From assembly GCA_001938485.1 (NCBI GenBank), contig MQRK01235601.1:1-64000 (forward strand): a stretch of DNA of 64,000 nt, read 5' to 3'. Below, piece after piece: positions 1 to 12,648 of the stretch (positions are counted from its first letter, which is position 1; every line of letters starts with the position of its first letter). Made by a program: the position numbers and the translations under genes. The notes under the pieces are model-generated. The model worked only from the letters and a program-made list of their open reading frames with translations. It searched no databases and was not told the DNA's origin. The DNA is from Girardia tigrina. Lineage: Eukaryota.

Positions 1-120
1 ACGTTAAAACAACGTTCACAACTTTATAATTATATATATAATTTTTTTTTTATATTAAATTTTAACAATAATTAAATATATATACATATATATATATTTT
101 TTTTTATCAATTCTTAACAG

Positions 121-541
121 TCAGCGTTTGTCTGAGTCACTCAGAAGTTGACTTATTGATTGATTATTGTTTCGCACCAATGAGCTCATCACTACTCAGG
201 AACCGTGCTGGTTATCTGCTGATTTTTCAATTTCAGTGTTGACTCATGTAAGTTTTTAATTTAACCTTTATAATTAATTTAATTTCTGGTATCTCTTTTA
301 GAGGATCATAACTTCTCACCCAAAGGTCCGATGGTAAAATGGTTCGCCGTCACCAATGGCCTTTATCAAGATCTACTTGGGGAGGTTTTGTAACTCAATT
401 TCGGTCGCTGGGAACTCGGTATGTTTCTTAAATGACTTTTAGTGAATTCTATTTAATTTTGTTGCTAAGAAAGGCATCAAAACGGACCGATGAGACGATC
501 AGGTGCTACGGAATCATTCGGACATTTCTCAGTGACTGACA
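121..541 (+). mobile_element. GC-richer LTR-like fragment containing two short intron-like segments, ending ...TGACA
   Basis: GTAAGT(248)...TTTTAG(301) and GTATGT(419)...CTAAG(469), ~50-nt AT-rich segments between GC-richer blocks; ends in CA at 541; no coherent ORF. Confidence 0.35.
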
Positions 542-1029
542 ATGATTTTCTTTTGCGTTTAAATATATGTATTATACTGCTACATGTCTTCTTTCTTTCT
601 CAGTATTATATCTCGTATATGTTAATTAATTTTCGACCGCAACACATTACTAAAATGTTATCTTTTGCAATACAATTCGTATTCTTATAGCATTTAATTT
701 TGTATTTAGTTATTAATTTTGACATTGTTTAATAATAAAATAAGTAATTGAAAGCAGTGTTTAATTTATTATTAATTCATTTTTTTTGGTTTGCGGAATT
801 TTTAAATGAAGAAGCGTACATCTGAGTATCGTAAAATTGATGTTTTTTAAAAAGCCAAAGTAATCAATTGATGAAGAACCAGTTGAACTCATTGAAACAA
901 TTAATAGCACTTCAAGCTCAAGTTTTATAATTCCTAGTACAAGTGACTGCCAGAGAAATAGAAACTTTATATTCACCATCAGAAGCGTGCATAAGGGGGA
1001 CAGGGTTGTTCACGACATTCAAAATATTA

Positions 1030-1111
1030 ATCTGGGTGGGTGAAACACAATCCTAAAAACAACATACCGAACACAACACACAATAAACACCATTCGAAAA
1101 TATTCATCACA
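1030..1111. repeat. Dispersed ~85-bp repeat, copy 1 (probable LTR terminus fragment)
   Basis: ATCTGGGTGGG-GAAACACAATCCTAAAA...AAAATATTCATCAC also found at ~36658-36734 and ~59058-59137. Confidence 0.8.
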
Positions 1112-4100
1112 CTTATATTATATTTTATATTTTGTTAACTTTAGCATTAATGTGATATTTGTACACTAATTTTTATTCAAATATGAGTAAATTAAATTCA
1201 AATTTTATTATATTAAAATAAATTAACTGTCATTATATAAAATGAAAAATGATAAAATTAATATTGACAAATAATTGTTTTTAATGCTATAATCTCAATA
1301 TTTGAATTTCTAAATCTGATTTAAACCATTTTCAATTACATAATTAGAAAATACTTTTAGTATATTAACAATGGGAACAATACAGAGTAAAAAAATAAAT
1401 ATATATATATATATATACATGTCTTTATATATAATAAAAAAATAATGTAACTTTAATTTACCCTGATAAATTATTTTTTAAATTGAAGTTTTTAATATCA
1501 AGAAGTGAATTGATAAAATTGTTGGGATTTGAACTGCATCACCTTTTTGCAGTGGTCAAAGAAGGTTTGAATTATGGGGCAGCTTTATATTTTAACTGGA
1601 GCCAAGATTGGTACCAATACAATTATACCTCATATTTTCTATTAAAATCATGCTAGTAAAGGATGAGTATTTCTTTATTTTATTTCAATTTGGAAATAAT
1701 AAAAAATATTTTTACATTTTACAAAAGAGACACTTTTATTTATGTTGATTTTCATTAAAAATCACGTAAATTTAAAAGCTTTTGATAAAAAGTAATCATT
1801 GCAAATGGTTTTCAAAAACAGTAAATGAGTTCCTAGTTTTACTATGTTTTTGTATTTTTTTGGGAATCATTCAATTATAAGAATGACTTCTACAATTTAC
1901 TTGAAATTAACACACACCGCCGTAAACGATTTAATAAAACAAATTGTGATTAAACCTAAATCACAATCTCCTTGCCTTCATCCTAACAAAATTGGGTTGA
2001 TTTTCATCGATCAAGGTGCAGCTCATCTATGGCTCATTGATCTACTTTAGACGTAGCAGATATTAAGAACGTCAATTTCTACATTCACTCTCAACGTCCC
2101 CATGTCTCAGTCTACGTTCTCATTCGTCATGTATTCAGTCCTCTTGATCTGCCTTAATGAATATTGTATAAGACTTTTGTAACCCCTATATTATTTATTA
2201 AACCCAGTATATTATAACTACTATCTTTAGTTATAATAATTGTGAGGGATATTGGAATGATGTTTGAATGATGTTGAGTGATTGTTGAATGAATTTTATA
2301 GAATGTTTGAGACTGGTTGGTGTTTGAAGCATGATATCTCTCTCTAGACAATTGAAGTCAATTATTGTCGAATTTAAAAATTTATATTACTAATTGTATA
2401 ATAAATTAATTGTTATTTAACAATTAATTAAAAATACAATTGTTTTAATCATTGCAGATTTTGGCAAATTTTTGAAAAATCAATTGAAGAAATAAGTCAT
2501 GCCCCAGACGATGATTAGAGACCATTTTAGTCGTAATAAATCTTGTAATACGACTTCGGCTGTTAATATCCTTAATAATAATTATTGCGTTACTTTTAAA
2601 AACATTATCTTTAATTATTATGCATATTATAAATTAAAATAATCAATTGAGCTCTAGGCGATCAGAAATATTAAAAGAAATAATAAAGATCAGAAAAAAA
2701 GAACCATGTTTTAAAATACAAAAATTTAATCGACTCATATTTAAATAATAATAACTCCCGGTATTTTTTACTAATAATCTATATTAAATTTAGTTCATTG
2801 CGTACATTTATGTTATAATTTTTATTAAGTGTCCAAATCCATTTGAATTAGAGAAAATTTTTTAAATACGAATCAAATTTTTATTATTAAAATATTTATT
2901 TGATTTCTTGTATTTAGATTATCAAAAAATATCAAAATTAATTCATCTATAATATCAATAAGTATTTATAATTTATAGTTTAAAATTTTTAACGAAAAGT
3001 CTTTTACGTGTCCGAATACATATCAATTTGGGTAGTAGAAACAAGTGTGACACTGAAATAAATATTTGAAATTAACCCACACCACGGTAAACGACTTAGT
3101 AAAACAAATAGTGATTAAACAAATAGTGATCACAAATACTCCTTAAGAGCCTCATTTCTAACTCCCTTTTACATAAATATATTGAAATGCTAATTTTAGC
3201 GACAATAATTTATCTGTTTGGAAGGATCTATCATGAATTTAATTTGTTGATTACAAAATAATCAATTTAATATAAATCTTTTTTGTTTTGATTTATTTTT
3301 TGATTTATTATCAAGATTAATTACATCAATGTTTTCATGGTTTATTTACTAAATTAAATTTAATTATTCAAGAAAAAATTTATTTATTTATTTATTTTTG
3401 TAAACAGAAACAAATAATTTTTAAAAAAAATATTTAATAAATTATTTTATTGAAAAATATTTTTTTCAATTGTTTCTTATCAATCAAAAGTTTTATTTGA
3501 CATCATAAAACTATAAATATTTTTAATTTTTTTGCATTAAAATCGAAAAAAAATATTTTTTGACATTAATAAATGTCATTGTTCTTGATCACAAAAAAGC
3601 AATTTAGACATTTCCTTGATTCATTAAAACCAAAACGGAAATGAATTGAAACAGAAATACTTTTACACCATCTCTATGATGACGGCTGCTTGCCGTAGAA
3701 ACACGCTACAATAAAATATATAAATTTGTAATGAAATATTTATCAAGTGTTAATTAAATCAGTTAATTAATTTTTTTCTTTTGTTTTCTCTCGACATATT
3801 AAATGAAGTTCATACTATTTTTTTTAAATAAAAATCAATATCATAAAATTATATTTAATATTAAATAAAGAAAAATTATTCATAATCATAGTTTTAAATT
3901 TAGTGAAATAAAATAATGTTTTTGAAATATAATATGATGCAATTAAAAATCCAAACTTTTAATTAAATTTTCTATGAACCTAAAAACAGTGTTATGAAAT
4001 TTGAGAATTGAAAATTTTAAAAAATATAAAATATTATTTTAAAGGGTCGATAAGATTTTTATCATTAAAGTATGTCTAATCCACGTACCTTATATTCAAC

Positions 4101-6319
4101 CATTTCAAAAAAGTCCAAATAATTTATAATTAAATAAAATGTAAAAATTCAGATTTATCATTGTTTATTTTGATGATAATTAATGTCAGATACTGCTCAC
4201 CAAAATTATCCACTGGAAACTTGATATCCATTTCAAACTATGTTCGATAAATTGATCGTCGTTTTGGTCGTATCGAAAAACTCTATTCTATCTTACAAGA
4301 TGATAGGGGCGTGTTTCATCGAATATAATTTTGTACAGTGATTGAACAGAAATCTAAAGATGATCCAGCTTTTTATATGAAAGCTAATTGTAGTGTCATT
4401 AAATCCACAAAAAAAATAAAAAAAGTTTTTTTGACACCATTTGGTCCCAAACAAATAAATAATAAAAAAATTAAAAATATTAAGAATTGATAATAAATAT
4501 TGATTATCAATTTATAAAAATATTAAAACAGATTAGTATTTTATGTAAATTTGCCTGTAATAACTTACTTGTTGTTGGAATTTTTATTCGTGAGAATTAC
4601 TTGACTTGAAGGACGAGTGTTACTATTCTATCAAACAATGTCTATTTCTACCGCTATCCATAAAAATTTCGTCGTGACTAATTCACTCCAGAATGCAAAA
4701 ATCTAGATTATCAGAAATTGCCATTGATATCTAGTGAAGAAAACTAAAATATCCCAAAACCGTCATCAATCTCTCAGCAAGTTTCATTCTTTCAGTTTTA
4801 ATTCTCAAACAATTACTCTGAGTAAACATTGTTTATTTCCCTTATCAGCCACTTTCTTTTTGTCGTGAATTTGTTCAATCTTCTTTTTCATCTTTCTGTT
4901 GTTTGTTAAAAATAAAATAAGTTGAAACAATTAATTTTTTATTTATTGGTTGAAGGTAATTCTAACATAAGAACCATTATTCCGTTAGAATTACTTTTAC
5001 ACTAATATTGTAAGACGAGTGTGCTATGACGTTGAGTAGAAATATCTACAAGCACTACTTTCATTTCCGGACAGCGACAAAATCTTAGAATCAGAATGAG
5101 CAATCAGAGAATATGCTCATTCTCCATGTTTGGGCATGTATCAGCTATTTTAGACTTCTTGTTCGGAATTTGAATTTGAATTATTATATTGTTATTTATA
5201 ATCAACTTCCCGACCCTCTCCTGCCAAGATATAAATTCAAAGTGACATTTAGTATTTTAAATGACAATTTCTGATCTTTTTATTGCTTGGTGATGTATTT
5301 GTATTTTCATATGTTTAAATAATTAAAAGATGTGAATTAAATATTAAATCTGAATTAATTAAATTAAAATAATAATAAATAAAAAAGAAATTAAAAAAAT
5401 CAAAATTAGTTTTGAAATTTTTTCATACGAACAAAAACTTTTTTCCATTCTTTTTATTAGCTTACTTTATATATATTTATGTATCCATGAAGTTTAAAAA
5501 CCTATTTTTAAAAGTTTTTTACTCAATAAATTTTTCTAAATTTTGCACACTTACTCACTTATGATGACAATACATGATAATGTGGAAATTTGATCAAAAA
5601 AACTTTTTAAGGTCCCAAAAAAGGCCACAACGGTGTTCCTGAACAATATTAGTAAGAAAATATCTACTTCTAAATTATAAGTAGTTTATGTGACGCAAAA
5701 AAGTAAATTTAATAGTGATTTTCCCTTCTACAAAAGCTAAAAAATTCTCTTGGTCAAGTAGAGTTCTGTCAGCACAAAGAATGGATATAAAAAACTTTTT
5801 TGATTTACCAGTTTAACTATTGACTTCTTGAGGCATTTTGATTATTAATTGACCGTTGTTGATTGTGTTATAACGAGAAAGAAACTGTCGAATGGTTATT
5901 AAAAGGAAAATTTAAAACTTTTGCTAAAACGACAGTTGTGTTCCGTTTGATTTTCTCATTAAAACGATCTTTATAAATTAATTTATTGTGAGCAACTGAT
6001 TTGTTAAACCAATTGATTTCTCTGAAGATAATAAAAGTTTGATTCTGTACAAACGATTGAAATTTAGTGATAAAAGACGATATTTTTATTTGAATTTGAA
6101 AATTTATGATGAAATGATTTTATCAAATTTTTCAGAAAATCGATAATTCTTTAATAACCGCAATTGACAATCTCAACACGCGCAAATTGTCTAATCTGAT
6201 AGAATCTGAGCTCTTTCTGCACTCCTCCGGTCTTCGAGGAAACCTAGGGATCGGTCGGAAAACTTCTTTTGTTCGATATCATGGCCAAAATCATTAATGA
6301 AATTATGAAATGTTTTTAA

Positions 6320-6620
6320 TCATGTCGCAGCCTATTTCTTTCTGCGCTTCCTATTCTTGAAACGCATTTGACAAACCATTGGATAGGAAGAATAGGTATA
6401 ATCGGCTGGCTTGCAAGTTCCCCAGATCTAACTCAATGTAGCTTTTTTTGGAGGTATCTTCGTCAAACGGTGTAACTGCCAGGATTTATTTATCCCAAGA
6501 GTTTATTAAAGAGCTGCAGCAAGAGTTTGAACAACAAATGAAGAATAACAAATTGAGTTATTACCGTGATTTTTGAAGAATGTTTGAGAAACATGTTTAG
6601 CTTTGCATTTATTAGAATTT
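6320..6620 (+). pseudogene. Tc1/mariner transposase C-terminal remnant
   Basis: Translates ...HWIGRIGIIGWLASSPDLTQCSFFWRYLRQTV, matching the WIGRGG..WP.RSPDLTP.DFFLWGYLK..VY motif. Confidence 0.75.
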
Positions 6621-7475
6621 TGAGGTACGTGTACATTTTAAATAAATTTTTATTGTTTGGATTCGTATTTTCAATAAAACATTTAAGATGAGTTTATTAC
6701 ATAGAGAAATAATCCATAAAGACCTGTATTATACTATTTAATTGACTGAAATATTACAGAATAAATTTAATATAATATAGTAACAGAGCAAATAGAGAGG
6801 CAAAGAGTCCAGGACTCTAAAATGTAATTTTTGAACCCCATCCGTGTAGCTTTATCCTAGTTGAGTGGAGCCTGATGTGTCACGTAATCTTTGAGCATGG
6901 TGGTTCAATGTACACAGGGCTTCAATAATGTTTTCAACTACATTAAAGATTTTCCATTTAATCTACATATATAATATTAGATTCAACAATTCTGTAAAGG
7001 AACATAAATTGAAACTTTGTTTAACCAAAATTCTGAATCTGTCAGTTTTCATTACAGGTTAATGCAAATATAAATAAAATTCCGAAATCTATAGAAGCGA
7101 CTGTTATTATTTAAATTAATTTCGAATTTCTATAAATTTCTGCTAGGAAAATTTGTTTTCATAACTTTGTTCTTGAGATTTTATAACAACATTTTATTTA
7201 AAATAATGAATATAAAAAGTAATAGCATTACTACTTATAGAAATAAAGTATTTTCAAATAATAAAATTTGCCGTTTTTTATATTTGATAAATTAAAAATA
7301 TATTAATAAAATCAATCATGTATAAAGGTTTCTTGCTTCATTGATACAAATTTAATTAAATAATTAAGAAAGTAAATTATTGCAAATTTTATGCATTTTA
7401 TCATTTACGCATTATGGTTCAATAAAAGTTTTATAAATTGGATATGTATTCAATAATGTAATTTATATAATTAAG

Positions 7476-7477
<2 letters not shown>

Positions 7478-7526
<49 letters not shown>

Positions 7527-7603
7527 NNNNNNNNNNNNNNNNNNNNNNNNNNNNNNNNNNNNNNNNNNNNNNNNNNATATATATATATATATATATATAT
7601 ATA
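7478..7603. repeat. (AT)n microsatellite spanning an assembly gap
   Basis: AT dinucleotide runs on both sides of Ns. Confidence 0.95.
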
Positions 7604-8224
7604 CGAAGAGGTGAAATTATTGAAAAATATTTTAATATTTATTACGAATTAATGATATTTTATTTTTGAATTACACATTTTGTATAATTAAAATATTCTT
7701 ACTATTAATTATAAATTTATTAATTATAAATGTGTTACCTAAAACAACAGTGAAAGCAATAAACCATAAATATTTAAAACAATGTAACAAAACAAAAAAT
7801 GTTTTAATAATAAAGAATATTTATTGTGAAGTCCCTGTTCATTTATACAAAATAGTATATTTCTTTTATTTTTAAATCATTAATATTTAATATTAACTTT
7901 TATCAAATTCGTGTTTTAAGAATGTGATATTTAAGAGTGGGAAAATATTTTGTTTTGTTATTTTATTCATGATTAAAATAAATGATAATGGATTATTAAA
8001 ATTAAATATTTTCGGGATTTTAACTTTATTTAAGCTCAGTAGTTTTTTTCTCTATTGGAAAAAAAGAAAGAAAAATTGTAAATATTTGGGTTACGTTTCT
8101 ATACCTTCGTCAAACGGTGTACCTACCAGGGTTAAAAGAGTTTGATTTCCATTACATATTATTAATATAAAATGTATTAAGAAGTTTAATTAAAAAAGAT
8201 TAACATAAAGTTTCTTTACCGATT

Positions 8225-8325
8225 AAAAGTTTAAAATTTTAAATACTACTGTTAAGAGCATTAGACGAATATTATCTGAACATTTATTAATATCACATTT
8301 AGAGTCCTCATAACTCTCAGAAGAT
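8225..8325 (+). pseudogene. Penelope-like GIY-YIG endonuclease C-terminal remnant
   Basis: KFKILNTTVKSIRRILSEHLLISHLESS resembles the F.IL......R...E.L.I....P.LN tail of PLE endonucleases. Confidence 0.4.
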
Positions 8326-9406
8326 CGTTCATATTTGGCATCATTCTAATTCTAAAATGATTGACCGTAAATTTTGCAGAGATAACATAAATAAATTAAA
8401 TAGCTTTAAATAAATAAATAATTACGCAAGTAAATTTAAATAAAGTAATTAAAGTAAAGTAAAAAAATAATTAAAATAAGTACTTAAATAATTTTTAAAT
8501 AAATAAGTCTGTTTGTTTTATTTGAGTTAAAGCATATCTTCAACCAGATGAATATGCTCTAAATTATTAGAATAGATGATACATCTCTTACTATTCGATT
8601 CTAGAAAAAAAATTTGTACGGGACATTTAGCTGTTCTAAATACTGAACACTTATAATAGATCTTAATACCTTCATTGGTGCTTCTTGACCATTTAGATCC
8701 GTTTTATGTCCGGGTGAAATTCTCTGCAGATATTTTATCATCTAATTGGCGGATTTCATCGTATAAAAAGTTACCCCTCTTGTTCTTCTTTCTATTGTTC
8801 TTTCTTTCACTTGTAAAGCTTCTTCTAATTTTACACTATCATCTATATTGTCGGGAATTTAAAAGTTATTCATTTTTACGGTAAAAAAGTTATCTGAATT
8901 GATTATTCATTATTTTGCTAGCAATTTTTTACCGTTTTCTATAAATTTATATGTATTATATATGATATTTGAATTATATCTTTATAAGATTTCATAAAAT
9001 AACGATTTTCGATAATTAAAAAATTATCATTGGAAAATTTAATCATTGAAAATTAATCATTGGAAAATGAGTTAATAAACTTTCATGATATATTAGTTTA
9101 TTAACTCGCTTTAACAATTAAAAAATAAATAAAAATATAAAGTAAATTTTAATTTAACTATGTAATAAAATAATATAACACCAATCAACTATACATATAT
9201 TAAGAATACAAATATCACGAGAAAAGTCAAAAAATCCCATGTTGATAGTTTTGATAATTGAATGTAACGAGACAAGAAAGACAGAAATTTGATAATTCCA
9301 ATTTGGTTTCTTATATTTCTCGCATAATAATTTTTTAAATTATTTAATCGATTTTTTATTGATCTTTATTTTCTATATAATTATATAATTTATTTGGATA
9401 ATTTAA

Positions 9407-9465
9407 TATATATATNNNNNNNNNNNNNNNNNNNNNNNNNNNNNNNNNNNNNNNNNNNNNNNNNN

Positions 9466-9525
<60 letters not shown>
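9407..9525. repeat. (AT)n microsatellite spanning an assembly gap
   Basis: AT runs flanking Ns. Confidence 0.95.
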
Positions 9526-9529
<4 letters not shown>

Positions 9530-11918
9530 AGTGACTTGGTCACTACAATCATTAATCAAGGTTATAAGTAACTGGATTTATTTTATTAGTTGCTGATTTA
9601 TTTTTTTTGTCACAAATTTTATTTATTTTGTCGTCCTTTATTTTCGGTAGCCTTTTTGAATTATCCAATGGGAAATAGGTTTGTGTTTTTTTATAGAATG
9701 ATTATTTTGTAAATTCTGAAATGTGTGTACGATGTGTGGTATGTGTGAAATAAAGAAAATGATTGGTTGATAGGTGTGTTGGATTTATACCAATTTTTTA
9801 TTATCTAATTGATTTAATTGAATTTTTTATTTATTACTGCCAATACATTATTTTGATATGAACCTTATCAGGAGATTCCTCCTGATGCTGGTGAGTGGTT
9901 CATATCGTACCAAATTAAGTTCATTTGGTCCTGTAACCTTACCAGTGAACAAAATCCAATACCTTCCAGGTTTTTCAAAACTGCTTTTACTATATCTTGA
10001 AGTAACTGTTATCGAATGGTTGATTTAGTTCTATAATATGTTTTATAAGTTTTTATGATCATGAAAAGATTTACATTTCGTGAAAAGGGTTTTATGTTTT
10101 GATATATTTTGTCTATATGTTTATTAAATTTATTATTTAGTTGTACTATTTTCATTTTCATTTTTCAGTCATAGTCAAGAAAAAGAAAGGAATAAAACTA
10201 AACAAAAATTTATTTACTCACTGTAAACAAAAGAAAAAGTTTATCACTTATCGGAATTCAATAAGACAATAAATTCTTCCTCCTGATTGGTGGTGATATG
10301 TCGATACTTGAGCCAATCTTTCTTTTCTTTCCATGCCTGGAATTTCTAATCGAGAACCAGTCGCTTTTGCCTCTCCAAAATTTCATCGAAGCTGTTTCTA
10401 GATTGCGACAGAGCAACATAATCATGTTTGCTGCATGGTGACGTCGTTCACGACTGTTCGGTGTTGTGGATGTTCACAATCCTTGTCTCCGCGACTGGTT
10501 TCTTTAAGAGATGACTTTTCTACAGCTTGTCCTTAGCCTGATGATTTAATTGCGCCCTCGTTTCCTTCGTTCCCGACAATTTAGAGCTCGGTTGATAGTG
10601 CTGGGGGAGAACAACATCATGTCTTCTTTTAAATCGACCCATAAATCGATGCACTTGAAGTGGGGTTCTAATAACCCCATTCTCAGGTATTTTCTTTTAT
10701 ATCTCATTATATGCTTCGATGAGGATCTTAGGGTGCTCCTGACAAACACCATAGACAATTTTTCGTCGGTAATTATGGATGTTTTGCTGGATGCGAATAT
10801 CTTTAATCTCTATTTGAAGAGATCTGATCTTCCGCTGGGCCTCTAAACACCTCTCTACGGTGGGTCTATGCACACACAAAGGAACTGAATTTCTTCTGTA
10901 TTCCTCCAATTCTAATACAGCATCCGTTAGATCGACCTTTACCTTTCCGTATTTTTTCTTCTATTCTCTGAGCTCCTGAAAAAGGTTTTGTTTCTTTTTC
11001 ATTGTTTAATTTTGATTTTCTGGAATGATAAGATAATGACGATGGATAAAAAAAGAAAACACAAACACTGAGCTGAATGGAGGTTGGATATTCGGTTTAA
11101 TATTTAATTTTTGACCAACGTTCGGGGCTTTTTAACGAAGCGTCACCTTCTCTTCTGCTGCCAGATTGTCAACAGTCACGGCATGTACTATGAGCACCTG
11201 TCGCTATCCGTCCACAGATCAGCGGCCACGTTTTCGCCAAGTAAATCCTTATTGGCGTCGTTTGTATGTTTATGGAGTGCTACCTTCTCTTCTGCTACCA
11301 GATCATCAACAGTCACGCCAGATACTATGAACACCTGCCGCTATGCACCAACAGATCGGTGGCCACCATTTTCTCCAAGTCAGTTTTCCAACATACATCC
11401 ATTCCAAGGAAAATGAAGGAAAACTTTATTTTTACCAAAATAAATAATAACTACCAATTTGTAAAAGAATTTATTAATCTACTTTTCTAATACCAAATCG
11501 TCAATTTATACAAAACTGGCGAAGAAAATAAATGACATTGAACAAAAGACCACATACAAAGGACTTCCATCAAAACATAAACCGATACACTCTTAATCTC
11601 GTCATGATGAAAGTCTCAAAGAAAAACAATAAACCTCACACAGGGAGGTTTCCATCAAAACACGAAGCGATACACGAGATATTAACACCATAATGAAAGT
11701 CCCGAGACAACCCACAGAAAAACAAATCAATCAAACTTTGACTAATCGGTTTTGTCAATTAATGAATTTTTTGACAAATTAATTAATTAATAATTGTACT
11801 TTATTTTTTAGACTCCAGATGATTTCCGACCACCCCAACGCGAACCCAGGAAGGTCTTCAACCGCCTCCACCCTGTGCTATGAACGGACGCTAGTTCGAA
11901 AGGAGACCGATCCCGACA
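9526..11918. mobile_element. ~2.4-kb TG...CA LTR-like element, divergent relative of 15098-17199
   Basis: Starts TGTTAG at the edge of the AT run and ends ...TCCCGACA. Colinear with 15098-17199 in ORF2 region, ORF1, doubled hairpin motif and terminal splice acceptor. No TSD seen (TATA vs TGTG), so the left boundary is uncertain. Confidence 0.65.
10244..11002 (-). pseudogene. Disrupted copy of the uncharacterised coiled-coil/basic ORF1 of the LTR-like element
   Basis: MKKKQNLFQELRE*KKKYGKVKVDLTDAVLELEEYRRNSVPLCVHRPTVERCL...IRIQQNIHNY...KEKKDWLKYRHITTNQEEEFIVL aligns end to end with the 15579-16390 protein; in-frame stops. Confidence 0.8.
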
Positions 11919-12474
11919 TGTGCATGCGTGTGCTCTTGTTTTATTGATCAAAACTTTTGTCTAACTTCTGTTCAATTTGGTGTAAAAGAAGATATTCAGA
12001 TTTGTCAATTCAATTTCATTGAACCAGCTTAATTTGAAGTTAAAAGTATACTCTTGTGCAAATTAATCTGAACACTGTTATTTTTTTCTCATCTATTTAA
12101 TTGAATGTCTGTTGATACCCATACTTGGTTTAAAATTTCAGAATAAGTATGTTATACAAGTACTTGTTATGTTTAACATAACACAGGGCAACAAAAAAAA
12201 TGTTTAATTTAAATTTTTAGTGTTTTTTATAAAATTTTGACATGCTGATTCTAGTGGAAACGGTGGTTTGGATGAAAAAGCCATTTTTTTGAAAAATTCA
12301 TTAGTATGACTACGCTAACCATTATTTTGTTATATCTTTAACGATTTTCATATTATTATTGATTTTATTATTTGTTTGTAGATAAAAATACCATCTAGAC
12401 ACTGTAAATTATCATCTGACTGTTTTTGCTATTGGGAGATATTATAAAATTAAATTTAAATTAATTAAATAAAA

Positions 12475-12648
12475 TGTTACACAATCAACAAATTTAGAAT
12501 AATTCAAAATTTGTATTATATAACTATAACGGGGTGGAGAGCCGAGTTAACCTTTGACTCTCCTTTTATTCTGTATATAAATAATGTTAGTGTGTTTGTG
12601 ATTTAGTTTTATTAAATATGTTTAGTGCAGATCTTTTATCTTCTAACA
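12475..12648 (+). repeat. Putative short 5' LTR of Gypsy element 1
   Basis: TGTTA...TAACA termini, TATA-like and ATTAAA motifs inside, followed directly by TGG (PBS-like) and the gag reading frame. Confidence 0.5.

Noticed and set aside
4550-5110. Two weakly similar segments with an IDDGFGIF-like motif on the minus strand
   Set aside because: Too degraded to call as a Penelope RT.
9356-9559. ORF with IYIYIY runs
   Set aside because: Translation of the (AT)n microsatellite and gap.
11111-11490. Plus-strand ORFs over the doubled hairpin repeats
   Set aside because: Not kept as open frames in the sister element; better explained as non-coding repeats.
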